Assembly: GCA_963796275.1 (NCBI GenBank)
Contig: CAWCKY010000002.1
Location: forward strand, 288,001 to 352,000
Direction of reading: 5' to 3'
Length of the DNA stretch: 64,000 bases
Origin: an uncultured Acidobacteriota bacterium
Lineage (GTDB): Bacteria > Acidobacteriota > Blastocatellia > RBC074
Shown here: positions 50,801 to 60,626 of the stretch, piece after piece
Layout: each line of letters starts with the position of its first letter
Position numbering within the stretch: position 1 is the stretch's first letter
Translations under genes and position numbers: made by a program
The notes under the pieces: model-generated
Databases searched by the model: none
What the model was told of the DNA's origin: nothing
Seen by the model: only the letters and a program-made list of their open reading frames with translations

Positions 50801-53519
50801 TGAATCGCGTAAACTGCCTGCTTTGCGAGAAGGAGAGTGTGACTTCATCCAATCCCGTCAGATCCAGCAGTGGTGAGGTGAGGGCATGACTCGGGAGACT
50901 CGGCGCGAGAGCCATAATGTTTATTCGCCAGGAATGCGAAGGAGATCCGGAAAGATCGTCGGTGATCGCCCAGGGCCCATCGATCAGCCAGTTCTGATTT
51001 CCACGCTCGACATCGTCATCCAGTAGCGTCAGTTCACGTGTCCACTCGGCTGCAGCCGTGACTGAACCGGAGTCGCGGTCCAGATAGACTACTCTGATCT
51101 TATCCCTGACCAGATCCGAGCCCTGCAATTCGCCATCGCCCCTCCTGAGCCGGCCGTCATCGAGGCGAATCGAACCGCTGAAAAGACCGGGAGTGGAGGC
51201 GTCGGGCTCCAATCTGATTCTCTCCCAGTCGCCGGTTCTGGAACTCGCCACATCGACGAAAACCGGGGCCTTGGCATTGCCGTCGCCGAGCGTGATCCGG
51301 ACTGTCTCGTTATCGACATAACTGCTCTTATCCAACTGCAGCGCGGCGGTCGTGCTGCAAGCCGGTGAAACCTCGAAAGATTCGACGACGGCGTTATCAC
51401 TGGGGCTCAGCGTGTCTGCAAAAAATCCCATGCCCCGTTTGGCGAAGGCTTGCCAGATCAGACACTGATTGGCGCCGCCATTATTCATACGGTCGGCGAG
51501 CAGTATCGCGTCACGCGCATCGATAAAAGTCGGCTCCGTCGGAGTCAACTTCAGTCCGTCGACGACCAGCTGTATGCTCTGGCGCTGCCCCGCGACAAAA
51601 CCGTAGCGCTCGAGCAAGAGCGCACGCATTTCCCACAACATGCCGCACCAGATCTCGCCGCCGTCATGTACCGTGAACGCGTCGCTCAAATTTCTAAAAG
51701 TCAGCGGATTGACTTGCATATCTGTGCTGTAAGGATGGCGGCGGACTCCAAGGTTATAGTTATTTATGACGTACCCGCCGATCACGTAGGCTCCACGTGG
51801 ATCATCCTGTTCACTACGCATCAAGGTCAGGCCGAAGTAATCAGACCAGCCCTCTCCCATACTGGCGCTTTGGAAGTTGCCGAGCCCTACACCGTTGCCC
51901 ACCAGCCTGTTGCTCAAACCGTGCGTCAGCTCATGAATAATGACGCCCTGATCGAATGAACCGTCGAGCTGAGGCGAAGCCGTGTTCCAGAGAAACATCT
52001 GAACACGCCCGGGCTGACCGTCCGGCGGAGTCGAGAAGTTTGCGTTGTTAATTCCAAGGCCGTCCTGCGCATCTCCGAGCACTGCATCGCCGCCAGCGCC
52101 ACCTAGTCCGAAGTTGCCGGTCTGGAAGTTTCCGGCAGCTTCGGTGAAGCCGAATGAATAAAGAATATCGTGGTAGCGGTTGATCCAGTAGAAGAGATTG
52201 ACCTGGGCCGCCTGCGAATTGGCGCCGGCAGACGGCTCGCTCCCCAGGTTGACCGGGAATGAGAAATTGCCGTCTAGGACCTCCAACAGCGGCAGGTCCG
52301 GCTGGTTTGGTGTCCCATCACGGTCAAGATGAACATCGGTGTTGTTGCTGATCAACCGGGTGGCTGGGACGCCCGACCACCAATCGTAATGCGGGTCGCT
52401 CAGTTCGAAGGTGGCCGCGCCGTTGAAGGGAGTCGCATTGAATAATAAGTCCCCGCGCTCCACGACCGGCGGCGAATCGCTGGTGTGGGGAACATCCGGA
52501 CGCGGGCTCTCTTTCGTGTAGACCAGGCCGTGCGGGTTGAGCGGGTTCTGTTCATAGTTGGTCAGATTTTGACGGAAGAGCATGCTGTTCCGCTCGGCAT
52601 CGATCAAGATCAGATAGACATCCGGAGTCTCGCGCATCCAGATTATGAATTCCCATGCCAGACGCGCCTGCTCGGCTGAGAGCGGGAAATAGACCAGCCT
52701 TGTATTGACGTCCCGCCCGAAACTCTGGCCTCTCGCAAACACCCGGCGCGAATCGGCGCCAGTAGGAGATAGAAGCAAGCCTGGCTGCTCTCTGATTTCG
52801 GCGCCGGATTCCTCCGCCGCCTTGCTCAAAGCATCGATGGCCGTGATCTTCGGCTGGCTGAGATTGGCGGATATTGCCGCGCCGGGCAGCAATTCTCCGC
52901 TGGCCGCGATGATCGCGCCCTCACGATTGAGGTGCATAGTCATCGCCGCCTGGAAGACTGCGACGCCGCCGATCTCTTGTTGGAGCGTAAGGTGGGTCAC
53001 GCCGTTGTGCTCGCTTCGGTACCGCCGCGCTTCTTTCAACCCATCCACTTCCGCGGCGCTTAAACGAAAGAGGTCGTCATTGCTTTTGAGGAAGCCGCGC
53101 GCTACAGAGCCGGCGCTCGCCGTCGACGGATCGCTCAGTGTCTCCGTGTGGCTGAAGAGACGGCTTGGCGTAGCGGTCAACGAACTCCAGCGCATTCTGA
53201 CGCTGGGACGCGACTGTTTCAACCTGTAGGTCTGAGCTGCTGGCCTTGCAGCCTGTCGCCCGCTACCAGTTGCGGGCGGCGCCGCGAGCGTCCGTTGATG
53301 GTTGGCGCGCGCATCGAAATTTTCGCGGGTGGATGGTCGTCTCGCCTGCGCGCGCGCTGAGATAGGCGATCCTCCGGCGCCGGTCTGCATCGCTGTCCCG
53401 CGCGCCGCAAAGGAACGATGCCCCCAGGTAAAGAGCAGGAACGCGGCCGGAATAATAAATATAACGGCCGCCCATTTTGACAAAATACATCTTGCAATAA
53501 AAGACTGCTTAATCGGCAT
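47826..53519 (-). CDS. Large secreted M36 (fungalysin) metallopeptidase with FTP propeptide, IPT/TIG, Kelch and acidobacterial C-terminal domains
   Basis: YSFGFTEAAGNFQ, NNANFSTPPDG, IIHELTHGLS, MGEGWSD; two SP..G...GGT.V...G.NF IPT repeats; Kelch repeats; LAADSIASAFG..LAGTTVTVNG tail. Start MPIKQ at 53519. Confidence 0.9.
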   Translation of the reverse strand: MPIKQSFIARCILSKWAAVIFIIPAAFLLFTWGHRSFAARGTAMQTGAGGSPISARAQARRPSTRENFDARANHQRTLAAPPATGSGRQAARPAAQTYRLKQSRPSVRMRWSSLTATPSRLFSHTETLSDPSTASAGSVARGFLKSNDDLFRLSAAEVDGLKEARRYRSEHNGVTHLTLQQEIGGVAVFQAAMTMHLNREGAIIAASGELLPGAAISANLSQPKITAIDALSKAAEESGAEIREQPGLLLSPTGADSRRVFARGQSFGRDVNTRLVYFPLSAEQARLAWEFIIWMRETPDVYLILIDAERNSMLFRQNLTNYEQNPLNPHGLVYTKESPRPDVPHTSDSPPVVERGDLLFNATPFNGAATFELSDPHYDWWSGVPATRLISNNTDVHLDRDGTPNQPDLPLLEVLDGNFSFPVNLGSEPSAGANSQAAQVNLFYWINRYHDILYSFGFTEAAGNFQTGNFGLGGAGGDAVLGDAQDGLGINNANFSTPPDGQPGRVQMFLWNTASPQLDGSFDQGVIIHELTHGLSNRLVGNGVGLGNFQSASMGEGWSDYFGLTLMRSEQDDPRGAYVIGGYVINNYNLGVRRHPYSTDMQVNPLTFRNLSDAFTVHDGGEIWCGMLWEMRALLLERYGFVAGQRQSIQLVVDGLKLTPTEPTFIDARDAILLADRMNNGGANQCLIWQAFAKRGMGFFADTLSPSDNAVVESFEVSPACSTTAALQLDKSSYVDNETVRITLGDGNAKAPVFVDVASSRTGDWERIRLEPDASTPGLFSGSIRLDDGRLRRGDGELQGSDLVRDKIRVVYLDRDSGSVTAAAEWTRELTLLDDDVERGNQNWLIDGPWAITDDLSGSPSHSWRINIMALAPSLPSHALTSPLLDLTGLDEVTLSFSQSRQFTRFMFGRIEISVDDGVTWTAVESFGGNQTGFVASRVLLPRLDGWARLRFQLVGLLDLNPIFWAIDDIRLTARSANPRIIPPGDAPEPIITAISPAFGPPSGGTQVIISGSNFTETSDTSVTFSDAPAAQVAVLGSSTITAVAPAHSAGAVSVRVTNRRGTARSSRGFTYYEPGGNEMRPILGGVSPASGSVLGGTAVTLSGLNFTPETAVLFGSQAAPVTYINGNTLRVIAPTAVTTGAPAVVDVIVRNGSLQTTRAGGYSYVEPTPPAVQVLNPAGGERIYMGSLISIRWQSSDNRELVRHSVRFSYLPSIGLPTEQTIDVAPQLEGEARSFTWIIPTNLPIGAQARISVTATDDEGAVTEAVSGQFVIARRWETNTTLSESPPFGSTYVADERYLYAIGQRQRLGAPAENIILRYDPETHVWTGDGLSLPPSILFGAKAVYLNGKIYIPGGVNRGTTPSTLSPLHLAYDIAANTWSTQAEAPDATTLYAVAADIARGVYYHTGGVTPTNFSAAVRRYDPSTNAWTDLPPMNTARAGHNAAVIEGKLYVAAGNDPSGSTITGEVYDFETGQWSPIAPLNHSRTDAQSVVVQDAEGNPFWLLFGGGLVKDAEVYDVRNDRWIALDNSFDLVDPNTPRVLFVNGSGVIGGYFHVVSSLPDEVSRLSIAPLETSFVDRPPILSAPAAQVGTANTEIRFKVTASDLGSGAPLSITAEGMPERARFTTNVITNNRTEGTFRWKPRAADIGSSFNIAFTASDGRSIDTKVVTVRAVECSELTLANAAGSGDGRLAADSIASAFGANLAFASMTAEAEQLPLELAGTTVTVNGIKAQVASVSPDRVDFLVPPSVEAGNATVVIRNSAGSYSIGTAQIVDVAPAILGGDDPAPRTGTGLRLPKFEKLGENRLDILTLFVTGIRGARAANPNDENGIAEAVEVTIDGYQARVLYAGAYGKLNGLDKIIVKVPAGLTKLGRRRADVVVSVDGVTARGTAISLK

Positions 53520-53555
53520 AACTATGGCTCCTGATTGAAAGCATTTGTAACTCTT

Positions 53556-54034
53556 ATGGGTAAGTACGAGATCGTGATCACCGTCGAAAGCACGCGCGAA
53601 TGGGCGATCTGCGCCAAGTGCGGCAACCAGATGAGTTCCACAACTATGGGCGGTTGCTGCGGTTGCGTCACTTGCCAATCCTGGGACGACCACTGATCAT
53701 CGAGATTCGGCCGAAGCGGTTTCGTTGCCCGACCTGTGATGACCATCCAACCAACACGCAGCAACTGGACTGGTATGACGCGCGCCTTCCACACACCAGG
53801 GCTTATGACCAATGGTTGCTGCTTCAGCTGATCGGCAGTGCGATCTCTGATGTCGCGCGCAAAGAGGGTCTGAGTGAGGAGTTGGTGCTGGGCACCGTGC
53901 AACGGCAGATTGCCCCGACAGTCAACTGGGAAGAGATCGAGCAACTGGAAATTCCCGGGCTGGATGAGGTGGCTTTGAGGAAAAGACATCGAGATTTCGT
54001 GGTGTCAGTCACCAGCCGACAGGCCGATGGATAA
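53556..54034 (+). mobile_element. Truncated, frameshifted ISL3-family transposase remnant
   Basis: AICAKCG..LRHLPILGRP..IRPKRFRCPTC (zf-ISL3), HTH, GLDEVALRKRH (first catalytic D); the rest is missing. Confidence 0.8.
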
Positions 54035-54061
54035 TTTGAAGCTCTCGGGGCAACGATCGTC

Positions 54062-55612
54062 TTAGTGAGGCAGAGCTGAAGGCAGCGGCGTAGCCCCCGT
54101 TTTGGAACGCTCTCTGGAATAAGCGCTCAGCTCCGATACATATGCAGATAAGTAGATTCCTTGACTCAAGCGCAACAATCGCCTTTGGTACTGCTCCTTT
54201 GCGTCCCAACGAAATTCTACTTGAGGTACCCCCGACACCGGAACATTGGTTAGTCCGATGAGACGCCCCTCTCCGGTCGCAGTTGGGTTGATAAGGTCAG
54301 GCTTTATATTATTGCACTTGTCAAAAGGGAGTTTCCTGATCTGAGGAAAATAGAAGTCGACAAATGGTGTAAACATCCAGTCACAACAGATTGTATCTCG
54401 ACCCGGTTCAATATTGCTCTTTAAATAATTCAATGCGCGGATCGGTGGGCTTACCTCGTTATGCCTCATCTTGATAATAGGATAGACCCAATAAGCGCTA
54501 AGGATGGTCAAGAGCAGAACAGAATAGAATCCCAGGTTTGTTGGTATCGCCCAACCTCTGATCCTTGGGACCAACTCCGGTAAATTGATCAGGCCGTAGG
54601 CGGCAAGCCCTGTAAAGAAAGGGATGTAAGGCAGCGAGTAAAGCGGCGCATTTGCTGGTGCGTTTAGGATGAAGGTAAAAGCCATATAAGGCAAACACCC
54701 GAGCGCTAATAACCCCGCATCACCCCATCGATCTTTTTTGATAAGGATATATATTCCTAGGAATGAAAATAGATAGATTGGCACTTTGATCCACGATCTA
54801 CCCCAGATATCGTTTAAGTACCTATTGAACCGACTCGTAAGTCTTCCGCCCGAGAAAATAGTATCTTTTTGCAATATATACTGACTATGCGCGTCCATTA
54901 CCAGACGGTACTTTTCCCAGGTAACATTTAAAATGAAAGGAATAAACCAAACAAGTAGACAAAATATACCGGTAAGCAACGCAAGCATGACTGGTCGCCA
55001 TTGACGTCGCTGCAGACGCGCCAGAAAAATTAAGCCAATGGTTGGTCCCATGACAGGTAACAAGGTGACACGCACTCCCATTCCCAATCCAAAGACGGCA
55101 CACCCGGCGATCAGTGATGCCTGGGACTCAAGCCCCCTGATAATTAGTGTCAACCCTATGATACCAATGGTGAAGCTTACCGCGTCACTACGAGCTGATC
55201 CACTATAAAACCAAACATTTGGAACGAAACAACATAGCAAAGCCCCTGCAAACGCAATGCGACGGTCTTTGAGTATCGTCAGGTAGAAATAATAGAGAGC
55301 CGGGGCAATTAATGATGAGAAGATGAGTGAGATAGTTGTTAACGCTAGATATTCGTCATTTAACGACCAGTAAGCCACACGCGACATCGCGAAAAAAACA
55401 GGAAAGCCAGGTGGATGTGGTGCATTCACCGTGAGATCGTAGTTTTGTAGAGCGCGAGCAAACAATATATCATCCCATTCCCAGAGCGAAGCCGGAACCG
55501 TGAGCAATCGCGTGAGCGTAACGAAAAGCAACATAAATAGGGCAATATATCGGTCATTCGATTCTATATAATTCAAGGGAGGCTTAAGATATGTCGTTGG
55601 CATCAAATACAT
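54062..55612 (-). CDS. Polytopic membrane protein, GT-C (PMT/ArnT/DUF2723-like) glycosyltransferase
   Basis: WEWDDILF..PHPPGFP luminal loop, ~11 TM segments, SDA motif; noticeably AT-richer than the flanks. Confidence 0.7.
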   Translation of the reverse strand: MYLMPTTYLKPPLNYIESNDRYIALFMLLFVTLTRLLTVPASLWEWDDILFARALQNYDLTVNAPHPPGFPVFFAMSRVAYWSLNDEYLALTTISLIFSSLIAPALYYFYLTILKDRRIAFAGALLCCFVPNVWFYSGSARSDAVSFTIGIIGLTLIIRGLESQASLIAGCAVFGLGMGVRVTLLPVMGPTIGLIFLARLQRRQWRPVMLALLTGIFCLLVWFIPFILNVTWEKYRLVMDAHSQYILQKDTIFSGGRLTSRFNRYLNDIWGRSWIKVPIYLFSFLGIYILIKKDRWGDAGLLALGCLPYMAFTFILNAPANAPLYSLPYIPFFTGLAAYGLINLPELVPRIRGWAIPTNLGFYSVLLLTILSAYWVYPIIKMRHNEVSPPIRALNYLKSNIEPGRDTICCDWMFTPFVDFYFPQIRKLPFDKCNNIKPDLINPTATGEGRLIGLTNVPVSGVPQVEFRWDAKEQYQRRLLRLSQGIYLSAYVSELSAYSRERSKTGATPLPSALPH

Positions 55613-55893
55613 TAAGATTTATCATGCTAGACTTCAAAATTGTCCGTGGTCTGGGTGTTTAGCAGCTGGCGGAGGATGCACCCGCTTTTGCGGAATCGGA
55701 CGCGAATAGACTGGAGGAGGCGGCGCATTTAAACCGAATAGCCAGGTTCTTGGAGCTGGTAAATCAACCTGAAAACACCGGGACACATACTGGGTACAGT
55801 ACGGGTGTAAGATATGTGCCCTGATGAATGTTCCACTCCCGTATGCGCAGGTCGCTATCGCTCCCCGACTGCACCAAGGTTCGTTGTTTCGAT

Positions 55894-56256
55894 TTAGATA
55901 TTAGGGGCTGCCGGAACTGGAATGCCCGCCAGCAGATTCCTTAACGCCTGATTGATGTATCTCAGTATCTTTCCAGCTTTTCCGGCTACCTGGAATTGAG
56001 CAACGGTTAATACAGAGCTTGCGACTATAAGCGAGACACGAGCTATACCGGAAATCTTTTCAGTCGTCCCGGCTCTGATTATCTCCGGCAACCCTGGAAT
56101 TTCTTCTTCCACCGCAACTGCGGCAATTACTTCCCCAGCATAGATAAGTAGCTCGCCCGCGAAATCATCACCCCCGGTTCTATCTTCGTCGAGATTAACC
56201 AAGGTGGTTCCCGTTGCACCCAAGTATGGGGCGACACTCAAAAAGTAATCAGCCAT
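55894..56256 (-). CDS. Hypothetical protein
   Basis: 120 aa with GGGAGA RBS; no family recognised. Confidence 0.55.
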   Translation of the reverse strand: MADYFLSVAPYLGATGTTLVNLDEDRTGGDDFAGELLIYAGEVIAAVAVEEEIPGLPEIIRAGTTEKISGIARVSLIVASSVLTVAQFQVAGKAGKILRYINQALRNLLAGIPVPAAPNI

Positions 56257-56317
56257 ATATTATATCTCCCACTCGGGATATTAGAGCGTGATCACAAGCT
56301 GCCTTGACGCCCTGAAT

Positions 56318-56496
56318 GGCACTAGATTATAGCCAGGGATGTAGCGAAACCTCTCCCCTGTGACGCATCACCAAGAAGCATCAAGTCCAGAAAAGGCGTG
56401 ATACTAACCGATTATTGCACCCCTAAATTGCTTGGTGCAGCGCTGACCGCTTATCAGGGGCTGCGCTCGCTCCACCCTTGGCTATAATATTGGTGC
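56318..56496. repeat. REP-doublet/MITE-like element
   Basis: Imperfect ~20-bp terminal inverted repeat gcactagattatagccaggg / ccttggctataatattggtgc with internal palindromes. Confidence 0.55.
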
Positions 56497-57044
56497 TACT
56501 CTGGAGTTGCGGTTAAACCAACCAGCTTGTAACACGCTGTTACGCGATTTGGATAATAGAGAACGCAAGTTCCCATCGTCTGTCCCGCGAAAGACTAATA
56601 CCTTGTTGGCCACTAAGTAACGAAGAATTAACGAAGAAGTTACGAATATGTGACGAAATAGCGGCTAAATGTCGATGCCAGGCATCATTGGAGCCAATGT
56701 ATGGCATCAGGATTTGCGCTTGGGGTTCCGCGTTTACGCGGTCTTTCCATTCCGAACGTGATGTTCTGACCGCCTGAAGGCGGAACTCCAAACAATAATC
56801 TCCACTGATGGTTCCATCGAGAGATTGCGGTAACCAGATCGAAACAATGAAACTACGAAAGATTAGTAAAGAGAATAACAATCCAGTAGACGAATTTTGT
56901 AAAAGCTGATACCAAAGCATCCAGCGATCTCTTCTCAATGACATTCTAAAATTAGATGTGGGATACGGATATTTAGTCTGGCGAATTACATATAACAATA
57001 AACTCCGTCCGCTGACAAAGCTTGCTCTCCAGGATATGTAAATG

Positions 57045-60000
57045 TCAGAAAATCAAACGCAGTCCCAGCTGCGTGATTCGCGGATCGCGCGCCGATGTAA
57101 TCTGGCCGAAGTTGGCTGATCCCAGTGAAGCTGATACTCCAGCCCACTGTGTATGGTTGAAGAGATTGAAAAACTCCGCGCGAAATTGCAACGAGATATT
57201 TTCTCGAATCGCCGTACGTTTACTGAAGGAGACATCCCAATTATTGATACCCGGTCCGCGAACTACGTTTCTACCGAGGCTGCCGAACGTTCCTAGTGCC
57301 GGAAGGGCAAAAGAGCCGCTGAACCAGCGAAGCTGGTTCTTCTCTCGCTTGATCGGCCCCGTGACGTCGGGTCGTTGTCCGCCTGTACCCACTCCGGCTA
57401 TATCGCCTGGTATCGTGATCGAGAGAGGCGTCCCCGATTCGAAACGGCTGATGCCGGACACCTGCCATCCTCCCAGAAAATGCTTGAGAAAGCCGTGCTT
57501 TACGCGGAACAGAGGCAATTCGTAAACATAACTCAATACCAATACGTGCGTGCGGTCAAAACCCGATAATGCCCGTTCCATCCGGTTATCCGCGTAGCTG
57601 TTGATCGGCGTCGCAACGTTGTCGATGGAGCGAGAGAAAGTATATGAACCTTGTAGCGCCAGTCCCTGGACGAAGCGGCGATTGGCCGAGAGCTGAAGGG
57701 AATGATACATCGATAGCCCGGCGGTCTCGCTGGTGGAGATTCCAGCAAATCCAAGGTACGGGCGAGCGGCGTTAACGTTCAATCGTTCGGCGGCGACGTC
57801 CACCGATGCGCGCGGCTGATTGATGTCTCGCGACCGCACGAGCGAGACGCCGCGAGAACCGACATAATTTGTGTCCAGAAGAATCTGACCGGGGAAGGCC
57901 CGCTGAATGCCTAACGACCACTTCATGTAGTACGGGATGTTCCAGGGCGATGAGTTGTTGGAGATACCGATCGGGAAGAAGCGTCGCTCACCTTGTCCCG
58001 GATTGGAGAAACTGGTAGCGAAGATAGAAGCGTTCTGATTGAAGGGGAAATTATTGCGAGCGCTGGAAACAAGCTGTGGCCAGCGGTCGTGGAACATTCC
58101 GAAACCACCGCGTATCACCGTGTCATTCGCTTTGCCTAGAGCGAGAGAGAATCCTCCCCGCGGAGCGATTGTGTTATAGACCGCATTGATCACCGCTTTG
58201 CCGAACGGCGCGCCGGGAGATTCCACAACCACCATGCCGTTCCCGTAGTTCTGCGTGCCGGTCACGATCTGGCCATTTTCCGACAGGATGGTAGCCGCCT
58301 TCGCGGGATCGAACCGCGCGGGATCGAAGAACGATAATAAGCCGTCATCGGCCTTCTCCGGCTCGTAGATTTCATAGCGTACGCCAAAATCCAAGGTGAG
58401 CCGGTTGGTTGCGCGCCATTGATCCTGAACGTACAGCGACCAGTTTTCCCAACGGGCGCTACCGAACACATGGTTCGAGTTTTCGGTGTACTGAAAGGCG
58501 CGGCCGATGAGGAGATCGGCGAGCGCATCTCCGGTGGTCTGGCCGTTGAAGGTAAACGAACCATTGTTATTGGGGTTGCTGGAATTTTGAGACTTGTTTT
58601 CCTTGTCGATGGAGCCGCCGAATTTAATTGTGTGACGTCCGCGCGTCCAGGAAAAGTTATCAATCAGTTCCAGCGAATATCCCGCGATGTTCTGTGGCCA
58701 GATTATCTGAATACCGGCATAACCTTGCGACATCGATATAGATGGTATGAAACCCGCAGAGCCTGTCTGGGCGTCAAGGACGCGTGGTACTTGAAATTCC
58801 GAGTCCCGGCCGCGCGACGCATTGGGCGAAGTTGAGATGGCCAGCGACTGGCCGTAAAGCGCCCCCGTGATTTGATTGACCATGTTCGAATTGATCACCC
58901 ACGTCGCCGATACGTTGGCGCCGCGGATAATGTGGGATTGGTCGCTGTCCGCCACATAAGGCATCGGATTGCTGGAAAAGAGGCCGTATGGGCTGATAAG
59001 ACGCGTGGAATCGATGTTGTATCGGGCGAACAGAGTGAAGCTGTCCTTCACCTTCCAGTCAAATCGTCCTAGCGCGGAACGGTAGTTTGTGCCGTCCGGT
59101 TCAGAAGAAGTGAAATTCAGCGCACCTTGTTGGAAATTGGGGCGGCGGTAAAAGGTACGCAGGAGCGCCTGTGCATTGCTGTCGAGCCGATCCGCGGGAA
59201 TGCGGTTCCCCGTGAATTGCTCGCCCGTGACCGGGTCTCGGATATCGCGTGTTCCCGAGAAGTTGCCAGCAAGTTGGGCATCGGTGGGCACGATGCTGGT
59301 TCGCGTACCGGTGCTCTGCCAGATGCGGCGGTATTCATTTGAGAGGAAAAAGAAAAGCTTGTTTTTCTTGATGGGGCCGCCAAGGGTGCCGCCGAAGTTG
59401 TTGTAGCGGTTCTTGGGGCGTTCGTTACTGAAGAAGTTGCGGGCGTCGAGCTTATCGTTGCGGAAAAACTCGAAAAGTGTGCCGTGGTAGTTATTCGTGC
59501 CCGCTTTTGTGACAACGTTCAACTGAGCTCCTCCGTTTCGGCCATACTCCGAACTATAGGCATTGCGCTCGATTCGTACTTCGGCAATCGCATCAAGATT
59601 CACCATTGCCAGGTTGTTGCCATTAAAAGGATCGATGTTACGGCCGCCATCGAGCGTCCAGTTATTGGCGCTGCTCTGCCCTCCATTGAAAGAGAACTGG
59701 ACTCCCGTATTTGAGCCGAAGCCGGGTTGTTGGGCTTGGGACGAGCTTACTCCCGGTTGCAGAGTCATCAATTGCGTAAAACTGCGGGTATTCAACGCCA
59801 GTTCCTGCACCTGCTTGCCGTAGACGGTCGAGCCGATGTTGGCCGAAGCCGTATCTACCTGCGTGGTACTCGCCTCAACATTTACTATCTCACTGACAGA
59901 TCCAATATGTAGCTGTGCGTCAATTCGCAACTGCTGAGCCGCGTTCAGATTTACAGCGGCAACTTGTACCTTTTGAAACCCGACTTTTTCGAACTCCAAA

Positions 60001-60359
60001 TGATAGTCACCCGGTGGTATTAAAGAGATCTGAAAATTCCCAGCATCATCTGTGCGCGCCTCACGATGAAAGCGCGGATTGTCGCGCCTCACGCGAACTG
60101 TCGCGGCGGGAACAGCGGCCCCCGAGGGGTCGGTTACCGTTCCCAAAATGGTGCCGTTGTTGAAGGTTTGCGCCGTCGCGGAAAGAGTGAGGACCACCAT
60201 GAGGGCGGCAATCAGGAAATATTTGGTACTGGCAATGAGAACAATTGAATAGAAGGAAGAGCCATCTATTCGTGCCGAGTTCCTGGTTGCCTGAGCTTGT
60301 GCGTCCGACTGGCGCATAGTTGCGGTTAAAAACTCAGAGGGACTGGGAGGAAGATGCAA
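57045..60359 (-). CDS. TonB-dependent receptor (Oar-like)
   Basis: GTVTDPSGAAV, VVTKAGTN, DARNFF, QDQWR, PRITQLGLRLIF; start uncertain. Confidence 0.92.
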   Translation of the reverse strand: MHLPPSPSEFLTATMRQSDAQAQATRNSARIDGSSFYSIVLIASTKYFLIAALMVVLTLSATAQTFNNGTILGTVTDPSGAAVPAATVRVRRDNPRFHREARTDDAGNFQISLIPPGDYHLEFEKVGFQKVQVAAVNLNAAQQLRIDAQLHIGSVSEIVNVEASTTQVDTASANIGSTVYGKQVQELALNTRSFTQLMTLQPGVSSSQAQQPGFGSNTGVQFSFNGGQSSANNWTLDGGRNIDPFNGNNLAMVNLDAIAEVRIERNAYSSEYGRNGGAQLNVVTKAGTNNYHGTLFEFFRNDKLDARNFFSNERPKNRYNNFGGTLGGPIKKNKLFFFLSNEYRRIWQSTGTRTSIVPTDAQLAGNFSGTRDIRDPVTGEQFTGNRIPADRLDSNAQALLRTFYRRPNFQQGALNFTSSEPDGTNYRSALGRFDWKVKDSFTLFARYNIDSTRLISPYGLFSSNPMPYVADSDQSHIIRGANVSATWVINSNMVNQITGALYGQSLAISTSPNASRGRDSEFQVPRVLDAQTGSAGFIPSISMSQGYAGIQIIWPQNIAGYSLELIDNFSWTRGRHTIKFGGSIDKENKSQNSSNPNNNGSFTFNGQTTGDALADLLIGRAFQYTENSNHVFGSARWENWSLYVQDQWRATNRLTLDFGVRYEIYEPEKADDGLLSFFDPARFDPAKAATILSENGQIVTGTQNYGNGMVVVESPGAPFGKAVINAVYNTIAPRGGFSLALGKANDTVIRGGFGMFHDRWPQLVSSARNNFPFNQNASIFATSFSNPGQGERRFFPIGISNNSSPWNIPYYMKWSLGIQRAFPGQILLDTNYVGSRGVSLVRSRDINQPRASVDVAAERLNVNAARPYLGFAGISTSETAGLSMYHSLQLSANRRFVQGLALQGSYTFSRSIDNVATPINSYADNRMERALSGFDRTHVLVLSYVYELPLFRVKHGFLKHFLGGWQVSGISRFESGTPLSITIPGDIAGVGTGGQRPDVTGPIKREKNQLRWFSGSFALPALGTFGSLGRNVVRGPGINNWDVSFSKRTAIRENISLQFRAEFFNLFNHTQWAGVSASLGSANFGQITSARDPRITQLGLRLIF

Positions 60360-60626
60360 GGTGTGTCTCCATTCTTGGCGATGTTTGATGTTGCCTTCTT
60401 CTTAAATTTCAGAAAAAAACGGTGAGGCGGGTAATCGCCTCTGGATGGGATAATTTGCATTGGGAAGAAAGAGCGTTCTTAATTCAGCGGCCGGAGTATA
60501 TACTCTCCCGGTTTACCGCTTCAAGTGGGAGAGCTGGCGTACCAGGGTCGTGCCTGTGTCCATCCACTTGGCAATCTCTGCCGCCAATTCGCCGAACGAC
60601 TATCTCTTAGAAAGGCCGTTCCTACA

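Noticed and set aside
53520-53693. N-terminal extension of the M36 ORF to 53693
   Set aside because: Runs antisense into the ISL3 remnant; the signal peptide begins after ATG 53519.
56540-56998. 152-aa ORF in the AT-rich region
   Set aside because: No RBS or family signal; possibly a decayed gene but not supportable.
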